DNA of 63,947 nt, filler included, from Octopus bimaculoides (GCF_001194135.2; 6 parts of 6 records of this genome joined end to end with filler, not necessarily neighbours in it), one strand, 5' to 3'. Positions 40,924-55,058 are shown, counted from the first letter of the whole stretch. A program made the numbers and translations. The notes: generated by a model from the sequence alone, not told the origin.

Positions 40924-42049
40924 TGTACCTGTGGAGCCATAGGCCCTGTTTGTTTTACTTCTTAAAATCTCACAGTCTCACTCACTTCTCCGTTAGGTGC
41001 TGGATCTTCAAACGTAAAGTGATTTGCTAATAATATAAGGCCTTCAACTCAAAACAATGCAGTACCAAATCCGTTGCAAAACAAAAGTTATATATATATA
41101 TATAATCACGGGGATGTGAGTTCGAGTCCACAGCTAGCTACCTACACTTTTTTCTGCAAAATAGGGGTAGTTTATCCTGTTCAGGCTATATTATTAGCAT
41201 TATTCTGCGATTGAGAATTTAAAATCACTTCTTTAACTTTCTAAAAGACATCCCAACGCTTCTAAAAGCAAACTTCGTTTGTTTATCTAGGTTTGTTGTA
41301 TATATATATAGAAAAAAATTTTAATTAAGGTACTCAGAAACCTGGAATGTGTTTGTACATTTACAGATTTTTATTAATGTCACATATTAAATGAAGCGCT
41401 TTTCACCTAGTCGTGTAGGTTNNNNNNNNNNNNNNNNNNNNNNNNNNNNNNNNNNNNNNNNNNNNNNNNNNNNNNNNNNNNNNNNNNNNNNNNNNNNNNN
41501 NNNNNNNNNNNNNNNNNNNNNNNNNNNNNNNNNNNNNNNNNNNNNNNNNNNNNNNNNNNNNNNNNNNNNNNNNNNNNNNNNNNNNNNNNNNNNNNNNNNN
41601 NNNNNNNNNNNNNNNNNNNNNNNNNNNNNNNNNNNNNNNNNNNNNNNNNNNNNNNNNNNNNNNNNNNNNNNNNNNNNNNNNNNNNNNNNNNNNNNNNNNN
41701 NNNNNNNNNNNNNNNNNNNNNNNNNNNNNNNNNNNNNNNNNNNNNNNNNNNNNNNNNNNNNNNNNNNNNNNNNNNNNNNNNNNNNNNNNNNNNNNNNNNN
41801 NNNNNNNNNNNNNNNNNNNNNNNNNNNNNNNNNNNNNNNNNNNNNNNNNNNNNNNNNNNNNNNNNNNNNNNNNNNNNNNNNNNNNNNTGAGCCTCGTTCT
41901 ATGTAATCGTCTGCTTGTCTAGTTTAGGTTTTGGTGGTTACTAGTATATAAGTATCTATCTTACAAACGCCGGCTGTTGTTTCATGCGTGTGTACCCTAC
42001 TTAATGAAATATTTATACATAGGTCTGTAAACATATATAAACACACACA

Positions 42050-42085
<36 letters not shown>

Positions 42086-43833
42086 CACACATAAATGCGG
42101 GTACGCATTTACGCCTGCGCCGATGTGTTCATCGATATACGGGTAGATTTAGTGCAGCTACATGGAACAGTATTTAAGTTAATGTAAGAGAATGTGTAGG
42201 AGATTATAGCAGATACTTCTTTCGTTATCACTCAACGTGTACAAGATATGTTTGCTTTGCTGCCGTATATTTATATGTGTGTATTCGTATATGTACACAC
42301 ATTCATTCATGTATGTAAGTATGTATGTAAATATGTATGCATGTATCTCTCTATGTATGTATGTATTTTTGTATGTATGTATGTATGTATCTTTCTATGT
42401 TTGTATGTGTGTTTGCTTGTACATATGTGCACGCAATTGATCAATGAGTACATTACATCATTATAAAGAACCATTTTCTTCAGATGAATATATGAATTTT
42501 AGAATCAAAGACATCTATTCCGACCTACCAGGTGCCTCCACATCTTTAAGTACCTTATTCAATTGAATCTTGACATATATGCATACATATATACATACAT
42601 ACATATATATGTATAAATATGTATATATATANNNNNNNNNNNNNNNNNNNNNNNNNNNNNNNNNNNNNNNNNNNNNNNNNNNNNNNNNNNNNNNNNNNNN
42701 NNNNNNNNNNNNNNNNNNNNNNNNNNNNNNNNNNNNNNNNNNNNNNNNNNNNNNNNNNNNNNNNNNNNNNNNNNNNNNNNNNNNNNNNNNNNNNNNNNNN
42801 NNNNNNNNNNNNNNNNNNNNNNNNNNNNNNNNNNNNNNNNNNNNNNNNNNNNNNNNNNNNNNNNNNNNNNNNNNNNNNNNNNNNNNNNNNNNNNNNNNNN
42901 NNNNNNNNNNNNNNNNNNNNNNNNNNNNNNNNNNNNNNNNNNNNNNNNNNNNNNNNNNNNNNNNNNNNNNNNNNNNNNNNNNNNNNNNNNNNNNNNNNNN
43001 NNNNNNNNNNNNNNNNNNNNNNNNNNNNNNNNNNNNNNNNNNNNNNNNNNNNNNNNNNNNNNNNNNNNNNNNNNNNNNNNNNNNNNNNNNNNNNNNNNNN
43101 NNNNNNNNNNNNNNNNNNNNNNNNNNNNNNNNNNNNNNNNNNNNNNNNNNNNNNNNNNNNNNNNNNNNNNNNNNNNNNNNNNNNNNNNNNNNNNNNNNNN
43201 NNNNNNNNNNNNNNNNNNNNNNNNNNNATATATATATTTATATTTATATTTATGTGTGTGTGTGTGCGCGCGTTTGTGTATGTGTATGAATGTATTCATG
43301 TATGTACAAACGTATGGTTGAATGAATGAAACATACGTGTAGATTGGTTAGTCTTCTGAACATCACTGAATCCAACAAAACTGTTCTTACTCTTTATAAG
43401 TATCCCAGGATCGGGTAGGAGAATCTGTGATGTTCATGTTTTCATTTGTAACTTTATCGATTATATATTAAAACAAATTGAACAATCTAATTAGTCGTAG
43501 ATACACAAAAAAAGGGGAAAAAAAAAAAAAAACAAGACGGGATATTTCAGGTGGGAATATTTCATAATAAATTTCATCCTGGGACTAAACAACAACAACA
43601 ACAACAACATCGACCAGGACAACAACAAAATCATTATCAACATCATTAACAACAACTGGCGTTAATTGGTGTTAGAAATAAAGAAACGCATATATGACAG
43701 ATTATTAGGAAGACAGACCCGTGTATTGAAACCGTTTCTTCGCGACCTGACACAGTCACTGTCATGTGTCTTCGTTCTCATCATCATCATCCTTGTCATC
43801 ATAGTCATTGTTATTATTATTATTATTATTATT

Positions 43834-44070
43834 TTATGTTTGACTTTTGTTTTGCATTTGTACAAGTTGGATCCAAGTCTCACCCAGAGACCTCAAGAGA
43901 CAACAAGTTAGAAGTTCATGTAGGTGTTATGCCTAGGGTACCATATATTTGGATTTGTACATAGTGTTGTTCTAGAGAATGTTTAAGAAACCATAAGAAA
44001 ATTATGTGTTTTGTTTTAAAATTTGAGATCACATAGACAGTATTTTACGTAGGATATGGGCAGTTCCCAT
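43834..44070 (-). mobile_element. Second, shorter R4/Dong copy
   Basis: Near-identical to 26097-26330. It begins at the codon for M of MGTAHILRKILSM*, with (TTA)n on both sides. Confidence 0.85.
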
Positions 44071-44071
44071 C

Positions 44072-44102
<31 letters not shown>

Positions 44103-44447
44103 CACTNNNNNNNNNNNNNNNNNNNNNNNNNNNNNNNNNNNNNNNNNNNNNNNNNNNNNNNNNNNNNNNNNNNNNNNNNNNNNNNNNNNNNNNNNNNNNN
44201 NNNNNNNNNNNNNNNNNNNNNNNNNNNNNNNNNNNNNNNNNNNNNNNNNNNNNNNNNNNNNNNNNNNNNNNNNNNNNNNNNNNNNNNNNNNNNNNNNNNN
44301 NNNNNNNNNNNTTGAATGGTACAACAATGCACTATAATATTAAAAAATGGACTATATATTTGTTGTAATTTAGTTACCTATAGTCCGATGATATTTCGGA
44401 ATACAATTCCTTCTTCAGATCTTCTTAGATGGAGTCTATGCTATGAA

Positions 44448-44543
<96 letters not shown>

Positions 44544-44902
44544 CTGTAGTTTTAAAATTGAATAATCAGGAGATTTTCTTTCTAGAAAACAAAAATTAAG
44601 GTGAATTGCAAGAACGGTTAGTGCTTTGAACTTACTTTCTGAGATCGTTTATGTCCAGAACTTTAATTCTGCCGAGTTCAGATAAAATTAGAACATCAAT
44701 TAAGTGTACAGGTGTTCGAAAATTATTCCTTTGACAATACATACTCGATGTGAATGGATTTACAGAAAACGTCATGTTGTTGCTGTTATCATGTCGACTT
44801 ACCCTTTCATCCTTTCGGGTTCGGTAAAATAAAGTACCAGGCAAGTACTAGGTCGGTGTAATCGATTAATCTCTAACCTTCATATTTGCTGGCCTTGTGC
44901 AA

Positions 44903-45013
<111 letters not shown>

Positions 45014-45338
45014 ATTAATATTAATGGACGGTGAGCTGGTAGAATCGTTAGCACGCCAGATAAATTGCTTAGTGGCATTTGTTTCGACTTTACGTTTCTG
45101 AATTCGAATTCCACCAATGTAGGCTTTGCTTTAACAGTTTCGTGGTTGATCAAATAAAGTACCAGTCAGGTACTTGGATCGATGTAGTGGACTACCCCTC
45201 CTCTAAAAACTGCTGGCTTGTGCCAAAATTAGAATTAATAATAATAATGATTGTTATTATTAATTCTATCATTAATAGTAAAAATCGTTATTATTGTTGT
45301 TATTGTTGTTGTTATTGTTATTATTATTGTTATTGTTG

Positions 45339-45380
<42 letters not shown>

Positions 45381-46848
45381 GTTATATATATATCACTCTA
45401 ATGGCGATTGTACCTTTCATCTTTCCGGGATTGATGACCTACCTACTAATCAATCAGTCGAATATTCTCTTACTATTTCTCTAAAAATTACATTATTGCA
45501 TTTGGTTTGATTTGAAAGGCTTATTCCAAGTACCGCTGGAGACTTTCCTAAACGGAATAAGTAGATATTTACAACATCTGGGAAACCCAAGCAGTCACCC
45601 ACATAAGTGTCAAATGCATTTGAGGTTGCTGAATTTCGATGTTTGAAAGATCTTATCAATGTAGAATGGCATGATAGGAAGATACCTCTGTGTTAAAATT
45701 CAGTTTTGTTGTATGGTATCTGGAGTTTACTTTACCTTTTATATTTCAGTGGTAGATAAAATAATTATTATTCAGCTTCGGTGCTTTCATTGCGCCCTCA
45801 ACTCACAGTAGAGTCCTAGGGAGATCGCCGAGTATTTATAGCTTCTAAGTCATCGAGGTGTCCATTCCTAGACGAAGCTGGCTGCATCACAAAAGTCAAG
45901 AGAATGAGAGAAGAGAAAATTGGCTTTAGTACATGAGCAGAATTTTAATTACCGACCCTGAAATGATACCCTTTAGGCATGTGAAACTAAATGCAAGATC
46001 CGGAACGATTATAAGGGATTCTAAGAAGCGCTAAACATGTTATCAATTCTTCGACTTCAACGTAGGGGTAGAACTGATTCTACCGTTCTGCCTACTTGAG
46101 AAATCTTTATTAGGGTGGGTAGATTTTCAGAATCCCTTAGAACCTGGTAAGACATACCAGGTCGCAATTATTCTAATATTTTATGCTCTGAGTTCAAACC
46201 ACGTCGATGTGAAATTTGCCCTTCATCCTTTCGGGGTAGATAAAATGAAGTACCAATCAATTAGTGGGCTGGAAGGTACTGACTAAACCTCTTTCCTGAA
46301 ATTGCTGGCTTTGTACCAGCATTTAGAAACGATTTTGTTATATAGTTCACAGAAGTATACAGGTAACATATACCCCTGCAAAGGATGTGTGTTTTGATAC
46401 CCCTTAAGAGAAACTGTACTATCATGGTAAACGGTGGAGGGCAAAATCGGTAGAACATCGATTATAATCTTGTGTTGTGCTTATGGCCAACCTTTAAATT
46501 CTATGATTATATCCTGTCCAGGCTAACTATAACATACATGTTTACGAAATCGAAAACATAAAGTAAGAGTCCAGGGTTATGAAAAGGAGGGTTAGCCGCC
46601 TACAGAAATCCTGCGCGTTGTCGACTGTCAAAATCAGTAGAGTTGGTGTTAAATACAATAATGTTTTTTATTTCTATTATGACATTCTTAAACGGTGCAG
46701 GTTGTGAATTCAAGCCATCTTGTGTTGGGTTTAATATTTTTGATGCTTGAATTAGGTTTAATACCACCCAAATCAAATGCAGTAAGTTTACTTTTACCAA
46801 GACCATATATATTTTAATATGTATATATGTATATCTATCTATCTATCT

Positions 46849-46926
<78 letters not shown>

Positions 46927-47244
46927 TTACTGGTATAATGTATATAATTATAATCATTAGTGTGTATGTGTATATACACATTTGTGTACATATAAACTAA
47001 CATATATTTAGATATATTTTGATATGGATACATACATATACATATATTTAAAAATCTATATGTATATATGTACATTTATGCATACATGTCTAATATATGT
47101 ACATGCCTAGCTACATAGATACACACGCATACACACACACATATATATATTATATATAATATATATAATATATATATTATGATTGACCGTTGAATGAACA
47201 CTATTCAATTTTTTATCTCCGTGTTTTTCTCCTTGTCTCCGTAT

Positions 47245-47281
47245 TCTTTCTGTTGAAGAGCGTAGCTCGAAACGTCAAAGA
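47245..47281 (+). ncRNA. Variant minimal hammerhead-like motif (PLE terminus)
   Basis: tcttt-CTGTTGA-a-gagc(gta)gctc-GAAA-C-GTC-aaaga: a 5-bp stem I and an ACGT palindromic stem III, but the core is CUGUUGA rather than CUGANGA. Confidence 0.45.
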
Positions 47282-47731
47282 CTTTCCGTATTCCCGAGCG
47301 TCATACTAATATATACTTTTGTTATTTACACCACCTGTCCTCGTCTGTTGTTATTATTTGTATATTCTCCCATATATATATATATATATATACATAATTG
47401 TATATACATATATTTGCACACACACACACACACATACACACGTATTTGCAGTATATAAATGTGTCTATGCAATATTTATTGTCAAATTAAGACAGTATGC
47501 TCAACCTTGCCATGGGTTGTACTGTCCACGACATTCATACGGATATCTATCCTGTCCAAACTATTGAGTTCTATATTTGATCGGGTGTGTGTGTGTGTGT
47601 ACGTGCGCGCATGTGATTGTTTGGGATTGTGTGTGTATATGTATGAGTATGTGTGTGTGTTGTTTGTACAAGTATATAGTTGTTACGCATGTATCTATAT
47701 GCATATATGTATATCTATGCATATATATATA

Positions 47732-47862
47732 TTATAAACATAATTAAGGGATCAGCAAACAGTTGCTTCACCACATAGCGAAGTTCAGAAATAGCAGCTG
47801 CTATTTCTGAACTTCGGTATGTGGTGAAGCAACTGTTGCTGATCCCTTAATTTTGTTTATAA
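47732..47862. repeat. Spacerless palindrome, 66/65-bp arms
   Basis: Centred on aaatagcag|ctgctattt (47797/47798). The arms differ by 2 substitutions and 1 indel. Confidence 0.95.
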
Positions 47863-49574
47863 ATGTATAAGAACTTTTAAATAAGTTCCTCACCGATAAC
47901 GGTGCTTACATACGGAAGGGCTTGGTAAAAATTATTAATTATTAATTTATTAATAAATTAATAAATTGATAATCCTTTACCCTTTTAATTGTAACATATA
48001 TATCTATTATGTATATACGAATATATAATTACCTACATAACATGTGTGTGTGTATATGAAGAGGTTTGTCTCTTTAATTTGTTGTTGGCCGATACGTACG
48101 TAGCCATATAAATTTATACACACGCGTGCACCAAGAATATTGTAGTATGCAACGACCAGAATTGTTATCCTTTCCCGTCATCCTCTTTTGTTAGTTTTAT
48201 TTAATCTATTCTTAATCGTCCTCGCCCTTGTCGTGAAAGGCCCTCTTTCCACCCCCACCCCCCACCACCACCCCTCCACGGCAACGTAAGCCATTCTCTT
48301 ATACCTGGTCAGGAAGAAACTTAAATCCGAGGAAGANNNNNNNNNNNNNNNNNNNNNNNNNNNNNNNNNNNNNNNNNNNNNNNNNNNNNNNNNNNNNNNN
48401 NNNNNNNNNNNNNNNNNNNNNNNNNNNNNNNNNNNNNNNNNNNNNNNNNNNNNNNNNNNNNNNNNNNNNNNNNNNNNNNNNNNNNNNNNNNNNNNNNNNN
48501 NNNNNNNNNNNNNNNNNNNNNNNNNNNNNNNNNNNNNNNNNNNNNNNNNNNNNNNNNNNNNNNNNNNNNNNNNNNNNNNNNNNNNNNNNNNNNNNNNNNN
48601 NNNNNNNNNNNNNNNNNNNNNNNNNNNNNNNNNNNNNNNNNNNNNNNNNNNNNNNNNNNNNNNNNNNNNNNNNNNNNNNNNNNNNNNNNNNNNNNNNNNN
48701 NNNNNNNNNNNNNNNNNNNNNNNNNNNNNNNNNNNNNNNNNNNNNNNNNNNNNNNNNNNNNNNNNNNNNNNNNNNNNNNNNNNNNNNNNNNNNNNNNNNN
48801 NNNNNNNNNNNNNNNNNTATATATATATATTTATTTATTTGTTTCAGCCAAGTGGCTGCGGTCATAAATTCAAAATAGGATGAAAATCTTTAACAAGAAT
48901 TTTATCAGGAACCTAGTGTGTAAAGAAATTCATAAGGGAAATTTCTGTTCTCAAGAATATAATTATTCGTTTATATTTATATAAAGGCATTACTACAGAA
49001 TAATACCGCACAACATATATATAATGGGGATATTATTAACAGTGACTTCGTATTCTGAAACTTCGTTGTCACTGTCCGTAGCATTTTTGTTAAAGAATAT
49101 TAATTTTGTACTAAAAAAAAATGTATTGTGCGATCCTTCAGTTTAATATAAAATTATTATTTTTATGACTTAAGCTAAATTCAAACTTCTATACACACAC
49201 ATACATACATACATATAAACTCTTCGAAACGCTTAGTTTTAGAATAGTGGCAGCTGCTGAAGGAAATGTTCTCAAAGTGGCCCGTGTGTTTTCTGTACAC
49301 TGTTTATCATTTTGTCCACGATTTTTGGGAACGTCCTGTACCCAGATATGCATCTATATATACATGTAGATGTAGGTATGTACATACATGTACGTATATA
49401 TGCATATACTCATATATTATTTGTATTATATATATATATATATATATACAAAATCGACCGCGCATACACAAGGTTTGTATGTTGTTAGTCGTGGGTCGGC
49501 TGCACATTAGACAGAAGAGAATATATACTTCACCTCCTATACAAGCGATACAAGTGATGATGAATAAATGATGA

Positions 49575-49770
49575 TTCAGTCCACTCAGCTGGCGAAAATG
49601 AGTCGTACCTGTATTTCAAAGGTCAGCTTCGTCACATTCTGTGTCACGCTGAATCTCCCTGAAAGCAACGTTAAGGGTACACTTGTCTGCGTTAAGGGTA
49701 CACATGCACGTTAATTTCACAATCAGGCTATTCTGGAACCCTCGTTGGAATAACCGACGGAGTGCCAAAT
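49575..49770 (+). mobile_element. Diverged SINE family A-related 3' fragment
   Basis: Shares tcaaaggtcagc..gtcac...ctgtgtcacgctgaat...gttaagggtacac...cacgttaatttcac...gacggagtgcca with family A. Confidence 0.7.
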
Positions 49771-50657
49771 TGTGCAATAAATGCGAATTATTTATTGCCG
49801 TTTGGGCTTTACTTGGAGTGTTCATGCTTTATAAACTGCTAACATCAATGATTATAACATGAAATAAACAGTTACCCAATATTAAACTATGCCAGATAAT
49901 ATATAATTAGGAGCTAGATTATTTCAAGCCGAGAGAAGAAGTTGTATCGATTCGGGCTGAATAATACATAAAGATTACAAAAATAAACGTTTTTATTCTA
50001 TTATGTTTTCATCTATTTAAAAAAAAAAAAAATTAACATAACGTTAAAATTATTGACTTTGGGACAATTTATGCAAAGCAAGGCTCGAATGTGCAAAACG
50101 TTAGCCAGCTTACTTACTGGAATAATATAAATTAAAAATCTATGTCAGTTATTACTGAAAGAACAAATCAATGATATAACGTGAATGATTAGAAACGCAC
50201 AAGTTACGAAATATACGGAAACAATATACATAGATACGTAATTTGAATAAGCGCGATACTACTTATATATATATATATATATATCTGATAATATCTGGAG
50301 ACAGTATATTACAAGAGTGAAAACTAACAGACATGTGAAGTCAGGTCGTGGGAATACAGAGCTAAATATACTACAACAAATAAACCGTTCCTGAGAAGAA
50401 ATATCAACAGAACAATAAAACGTTTTTATAAGGGAAATTTGAGGTAGAGACTGTACCTTAAATGTGTGTGTATATATATATATATATAACTGTGTGTGTG
50501 TGTGTGTGTGTGTCAGTATATATGTATACAATTATTTGCGTTGTATTTATGTATATANNNNNNNNNNNNNNNNNNNNNNNNNNNNNNNNNNNNNNNNNNN
50601 NTTAATTAATTAANNNNNNNNNNNNNNNNNNNNNNNNNNNNNNNNNNNNNNNNNNNN

Positions 50658-50698
<41 letters not shown>

Positions 50699-51169
50699 CA
50701 TATATGTATAAACATATATATAAACATACATATATATAAGTATAGACATATATACACACACAGAAACACATGTATATAATGTATGCATCTAAATGAAATC
50801 TTCTATATTATATATCTTTGTATTTACAATTATAACTTTTTTGCAATAATTTCCCAAAAAGGAACATGATTATAGAGTATGCAATTCACAAGTACAGTTC
50901 ATCAATGAAACAAGAGCTAATGGAACATAACTTGAAATTATTTGGCCTAAGTTTCTATTTCTTCAGAAATATTACCTGAGTCTTCTGATTTCTTTGGAAT
51001 AACACTTATTGATCTCTTTCTTTTATCTATCTCCCTATCTATATCTCTCTATCTATCTATCTATCTGTCTATCTATCTTTCTATTTATCTCTCTCTCTAT
51101 CTATCTATCTATCCACCTCTCTATCTGTTTGTCTAACAAATCTTATTCTTTGCTTATCTCTATACAGTC

Positions 51170-51290
51170 TTTGACAAGCAGCTCCAGCAGTCACCAAGTC
51201 ACAACTATGCAAGGTCGTGGTCCCGGATATTCAGCAACTTTTAGTCGATCTGTACATATGTCCAACGGTGGAGAAGATGACCACTTCTAA
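51170..51290 (+). CDS. Possible terminal exon, plus strand
   Basis: Acceptor ttgcttatctctatacag| followed by SLTSSSSSHQVTTMQGRGPGYSATFSRSVHMSNGGEDDHF* and a CAA-rich tract. Unidentified. Confidence 0.25.
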
Positions 51291-52232
51291 ACAAAATCAT
51301 GACTACTACCACCACCAACAACAACAAAACCAACATCAACAGCAATAACACCCACCAGAACCAACGACAACAACAACAAAATGATAAACTTGCCAGAAGA
51401 AAACTAAAAATCTAAGACAAAAGCAGAAGAGAAAACATCTTGTGCATAAAAATAACCGGAATTTTCCTTGCTCAAAATATTTGACTGCGACCTTGTGTGT
51501 GTTGTGGACTGTTTTTTTGGTTCCTTTTTTTTCGGGTGGAGTGAAGGGGTAGAAAAAATGAATAAATAAAATAAAATAAAATTTTTTAAAAAAATATTCA
51601 TGACAAAACATCANNNNNNNNNNNNNNNNNNNNNNNNNNNNNNNNNNNNNNNNNNNNNNNNNNNNNNNNNCGGAGCTCAAAGAATGCCAGAAGTTGAAAG
51701 AAAGACAGAAAATTTATATAAGATAATAAACTAATGACATGCAACACCCGTAATAATTGTGAAAAAAAGAAAATGAAGGTTTAAAAAAAGATGAAAAAAT
51801 ATATATATTGAAGAAAAACAATTATTATTATTATTTATAATTTATTATCAATTATTTATTATATTTGATAGTCTAGTATTCTATGGATGTTGTTTTTGAA
51901 AATTTTCGGTTATTTTGCACATGGAAGAGAATTATGAATAATTTTTTTCTAATTAAATATTCCAACACTGGCAGGTTAATTATAATGATGATGATGAACT
52001 GCACAAAGAGGAATGAATAACCAAGAACAATTAACAAATCAACACAGCAAGAATTCCTCTATTCATCCATCCATCCATATACATATATATATGAACAAAA
52101 AAATTACATATATAAAACAAAACAATGGCAGAATCTCTCTTTCGTTGGACAGTTTTCATGGAATTGACTCAGAAAGAAAAACATACTTTTTGACCTCTCA
52201 GTCAATACTGTGTAATAGAAATATTTACCAAC

Positions 52233-52289
<57 letters not shown>

Positions 52290-52428
52290 CATGTTATATT
52301 ATATATATCCTGGGGTGCCTATACTGGACTATAATTTATAATAAATACACCCATATGCAGAGTTACAAAAAAATTCTATATCTTTTGTTTGTTATTATTT
52401 CTTGAATTGTTTTTATTGACATTTTTGG

Positions 52429-52790
52429 TTGTGTGGTAAGAAGCTTGCTTCTCAACCACATGGTTTTGGGTTCAGTGTCACTCTGTGACACATTGGGTAA
52501 GTATCTTCTACGCAAGGTGTCACACAGCCTTGGGTAGAAGATAGCCTTGGGTTATATGTATATCTATGTGTGTGTGTTTGCGTCTGCGTTTGTGCTCCAA
52601 CACCACTTGACAACTGGTGCTGGTGTGTTTATGTCCCCTGTAACTTAACGGTTTAGCAAAAGAGATCAATAGAATAAGTACCAGGCTTTAAAAAAAGTAC
52701 TGGGGTCAAGTCATTTGACTAAAAACAAATTGTTCAAGGCAGTACCCCAGCATGGCCACAGTCTAATGACTGAAACAAGAGATAAAAGAT
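52429..52790 (+). mobile_element. SINE family B copy
   Basis: gtgtggtaagaagcttgcttctcaaccacatgg...gtgtttatgtcccctgtaactt...atgactgaaacaag. Confidence 0.8.
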
Positions 52791-53725
52791 CAAAGGTACA
52801 TTGATGATTGTTGCTTGATTTTTGTTGTTATTGTTGTTGTTGTTGCTGTTGTTATTGTTGCTTTGTTGTTGTCCTTACTGCTGTGTGTGTATCTTCTGTG
52901 TTGTTAATGTCGTTTTTAGCCCAGTCAATGCCGACTCAGCAGACTTGTGATCCAAAGCAATCCCTCCATGACCATTACCACTCTCTAGGGATATCTAAGG
53001 ATTGCATAATCTTAGTCTAATCTAGTCTGCCTCTTATGTAACACAGGTGTGATTTGGTTGCTATTTCTAGTAGATTGAACAACCATTCAGAATCTCTTTT
53101 GGATGTTAAAGTGGTTATTATTGTTTTTGCTATTGATATTCTTATTTCTCACTCTAAGAGAATATATATTCATCATAATGTGCTGGTATGCCTCAGACAA
53201 CATGGTTATGCTATAGTACAAAAAGACAACAGGGTAATAATGCCTTGTTCTTAATTGCTTTTAACTTCCCTTAATTTATTCAGTTTCAGTATTTCATCCT
53301 CCTCTTTTATCTTCATAACCTCTCCTACAAATGGTGCTACTCTATTGTCTTTCTATGCTATATATACATCAGAGAAGAAATATTCTCATAAACCTCACAG
53401 TTTAAGGACCACTACATAAAGACTAACCCTTCTCTCATGTATCTCAAAATGGATACAACTATAAAGAATAGCATATAATAAACCAGGTTAAAAAAAACAA
53501 CCCTTGGATGGGGAAATAAATTTAAGGCAACCTGCAGGAATTGAACCCTTATATTCTTTATCCATGACAGACACATGAACCAGTCAAACTAAAGTAAAGT
53601 CTCTTCTTTAAAATAGATCCTTTGTTCTTACAAGTGAAAAAGTAAATCTGCTTACATTATGAAATTGTAGCCTTATGAAAAAGTAAGATAAATCATTTTA
53701 ATGGAGAATCTCAAAGCAGCTACAG

Positions 53726-53764
<39 letters not shown>

Positions 53765-53826
53765 CATACTTACAAATACATACAAACAAATACATACATA
53801 CATACATATATATATTTATATATATA

Positions 53827-53953
53827 CAGAGTGTCCACAAAGACTGGGTACATGGAGTAAATAAAATCATAACATAAACAATTAAATATAAGAAATAATA
53901 ATTTCTTAAAGTATGTGTTAATCCCCATGTACCCAGAGTTTGTGGACACCCTA
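53827..53953. mobile_element. Tc1/mariner-type MITE (127 bp)
   Basis: ~29-bp TIRs cagagtgtccacaaagactgggtacatgg / (rc) tagggtgtccacaaactctgggtacatgg, flanked by TA. Confidence 0.85.
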
Positions 53954-54061
53954 TATATATGTGTGTGTGTGTGTATGTGTAAGAGTATATGAAATGATCA
54001 AGATATCTGGCACCCTACTGTACTCAAGAAGACTCATCCAGCACAGCAGAATTGATGCCAA

Positions 54062-54339
54062 TGCTGATTCCACATAAAGAGCACAGGTGATGGCGCCACA
54101 TAAAATGTACTGGTAATGGTGCCATTTAAAAAGCATTGTTTATGGTCCCACATAAAAACATTGGTGATGGTATCTTGTAAAAAACATTGGTGATGGTTCC
54201 ACATAAAATGCATAGATGATGATGCCAGATGAAAAGCACAAGTGATGGTGCCACATAGAGAGCATTGGTGCTGATGATGTGTTAAAAGCACTAGTAATAG
54301 TGCCACAAAAATCACTGGTACTGTTGCCATGTAAAAGCA
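54062..54339 (+). repeat. Degenerate ~26-bp minisatellite x11 in an RTE-tail-type element
   Basis: Consensus ~gtgatggtgccacataaaaagcattg. It is followed by the RTE-type tail (ccatactggcatagaaaacagaccttaaatgatgatg). Confidence 0.8.
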
Positions 54340-54689
54340 GAAGAGATAATGGAGCCTGATTGTGACCTGGCCTTACCAGCTCTGGTCAAAACGTCCAATC
54401 CATACTGGCATAGAAAACAGACCTTAAATGATGATGACCATCATCATGATTGTGATCATGATGAGGATGATGATATTGAGGAGTAATAAATGAAACACAA
54501 CAAACAGAAACAAACTTCAGCTTTCTGAGAAAATTTTGGGGGACACAAGAACAGTTCAGTATTTTGTGAACAAATAAAACACATTCAAGTATTCTAGGAA
54601 CTCTTCAAATTCCCAGGTAACACAAACACTGTCCAGGTTTCAGTAGATACAGAATAAACATGTGGGTTCCAGTAGAAACACAGAATATA

Positions 54690-55058
54690 GTTTTTCTTTT
54701 ATTCTTTTATTTGCTCCGGTCACTTGACTGCAGCCATGCTGCAGCACTGCATTTAAATCAACCCTTAAGCCTAGAACTTATTCTATTGGTTCTTTTACCA
54801 AACCACTAAGTTACAGGGATGTAAACACACCAACACCAGTTGTCAAATGGTGATGGCGGGGGGGACGAACATGGACACAAACACACACACATATACAACG
54901 GTTTCTTTCTGTTTCCATCTACCAAATCCACTCACAAGGCTTTGGTTGGCCTGAAGCTATAGTAGAAGACACTTGCCCAAGGTGCATTGCAGTGGGGCTG
55001 AACCCAGGACCATGTAGTTGGGAAGCAAGCTTCTAATGACACAACGACGCCTGTGCCT
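54690..55058 (-). mobile_element. tRNA-derived SINE family B (CORE-like ccttgggcaagtgtcttctac domain, internal microsatellite)
   Basis: Complete copy: tRNA-like head, the accttgggcaagtgtcttctactatagc segment, an internal (TG)n tract and a 3' tail of gactgaaacaag type. The same family occurs in several other places in the window. Confidence 0.8.

Noticed and set aside
45500-46000. Possible old RTE remnant (AFEVAEFRCLKDLINVEWHD); also an RT-like trace near 27800-28200 and a GIY-YIG-like trace near 33540-34080
   Set aside because: These are too degraded to annotate confidently by eye.
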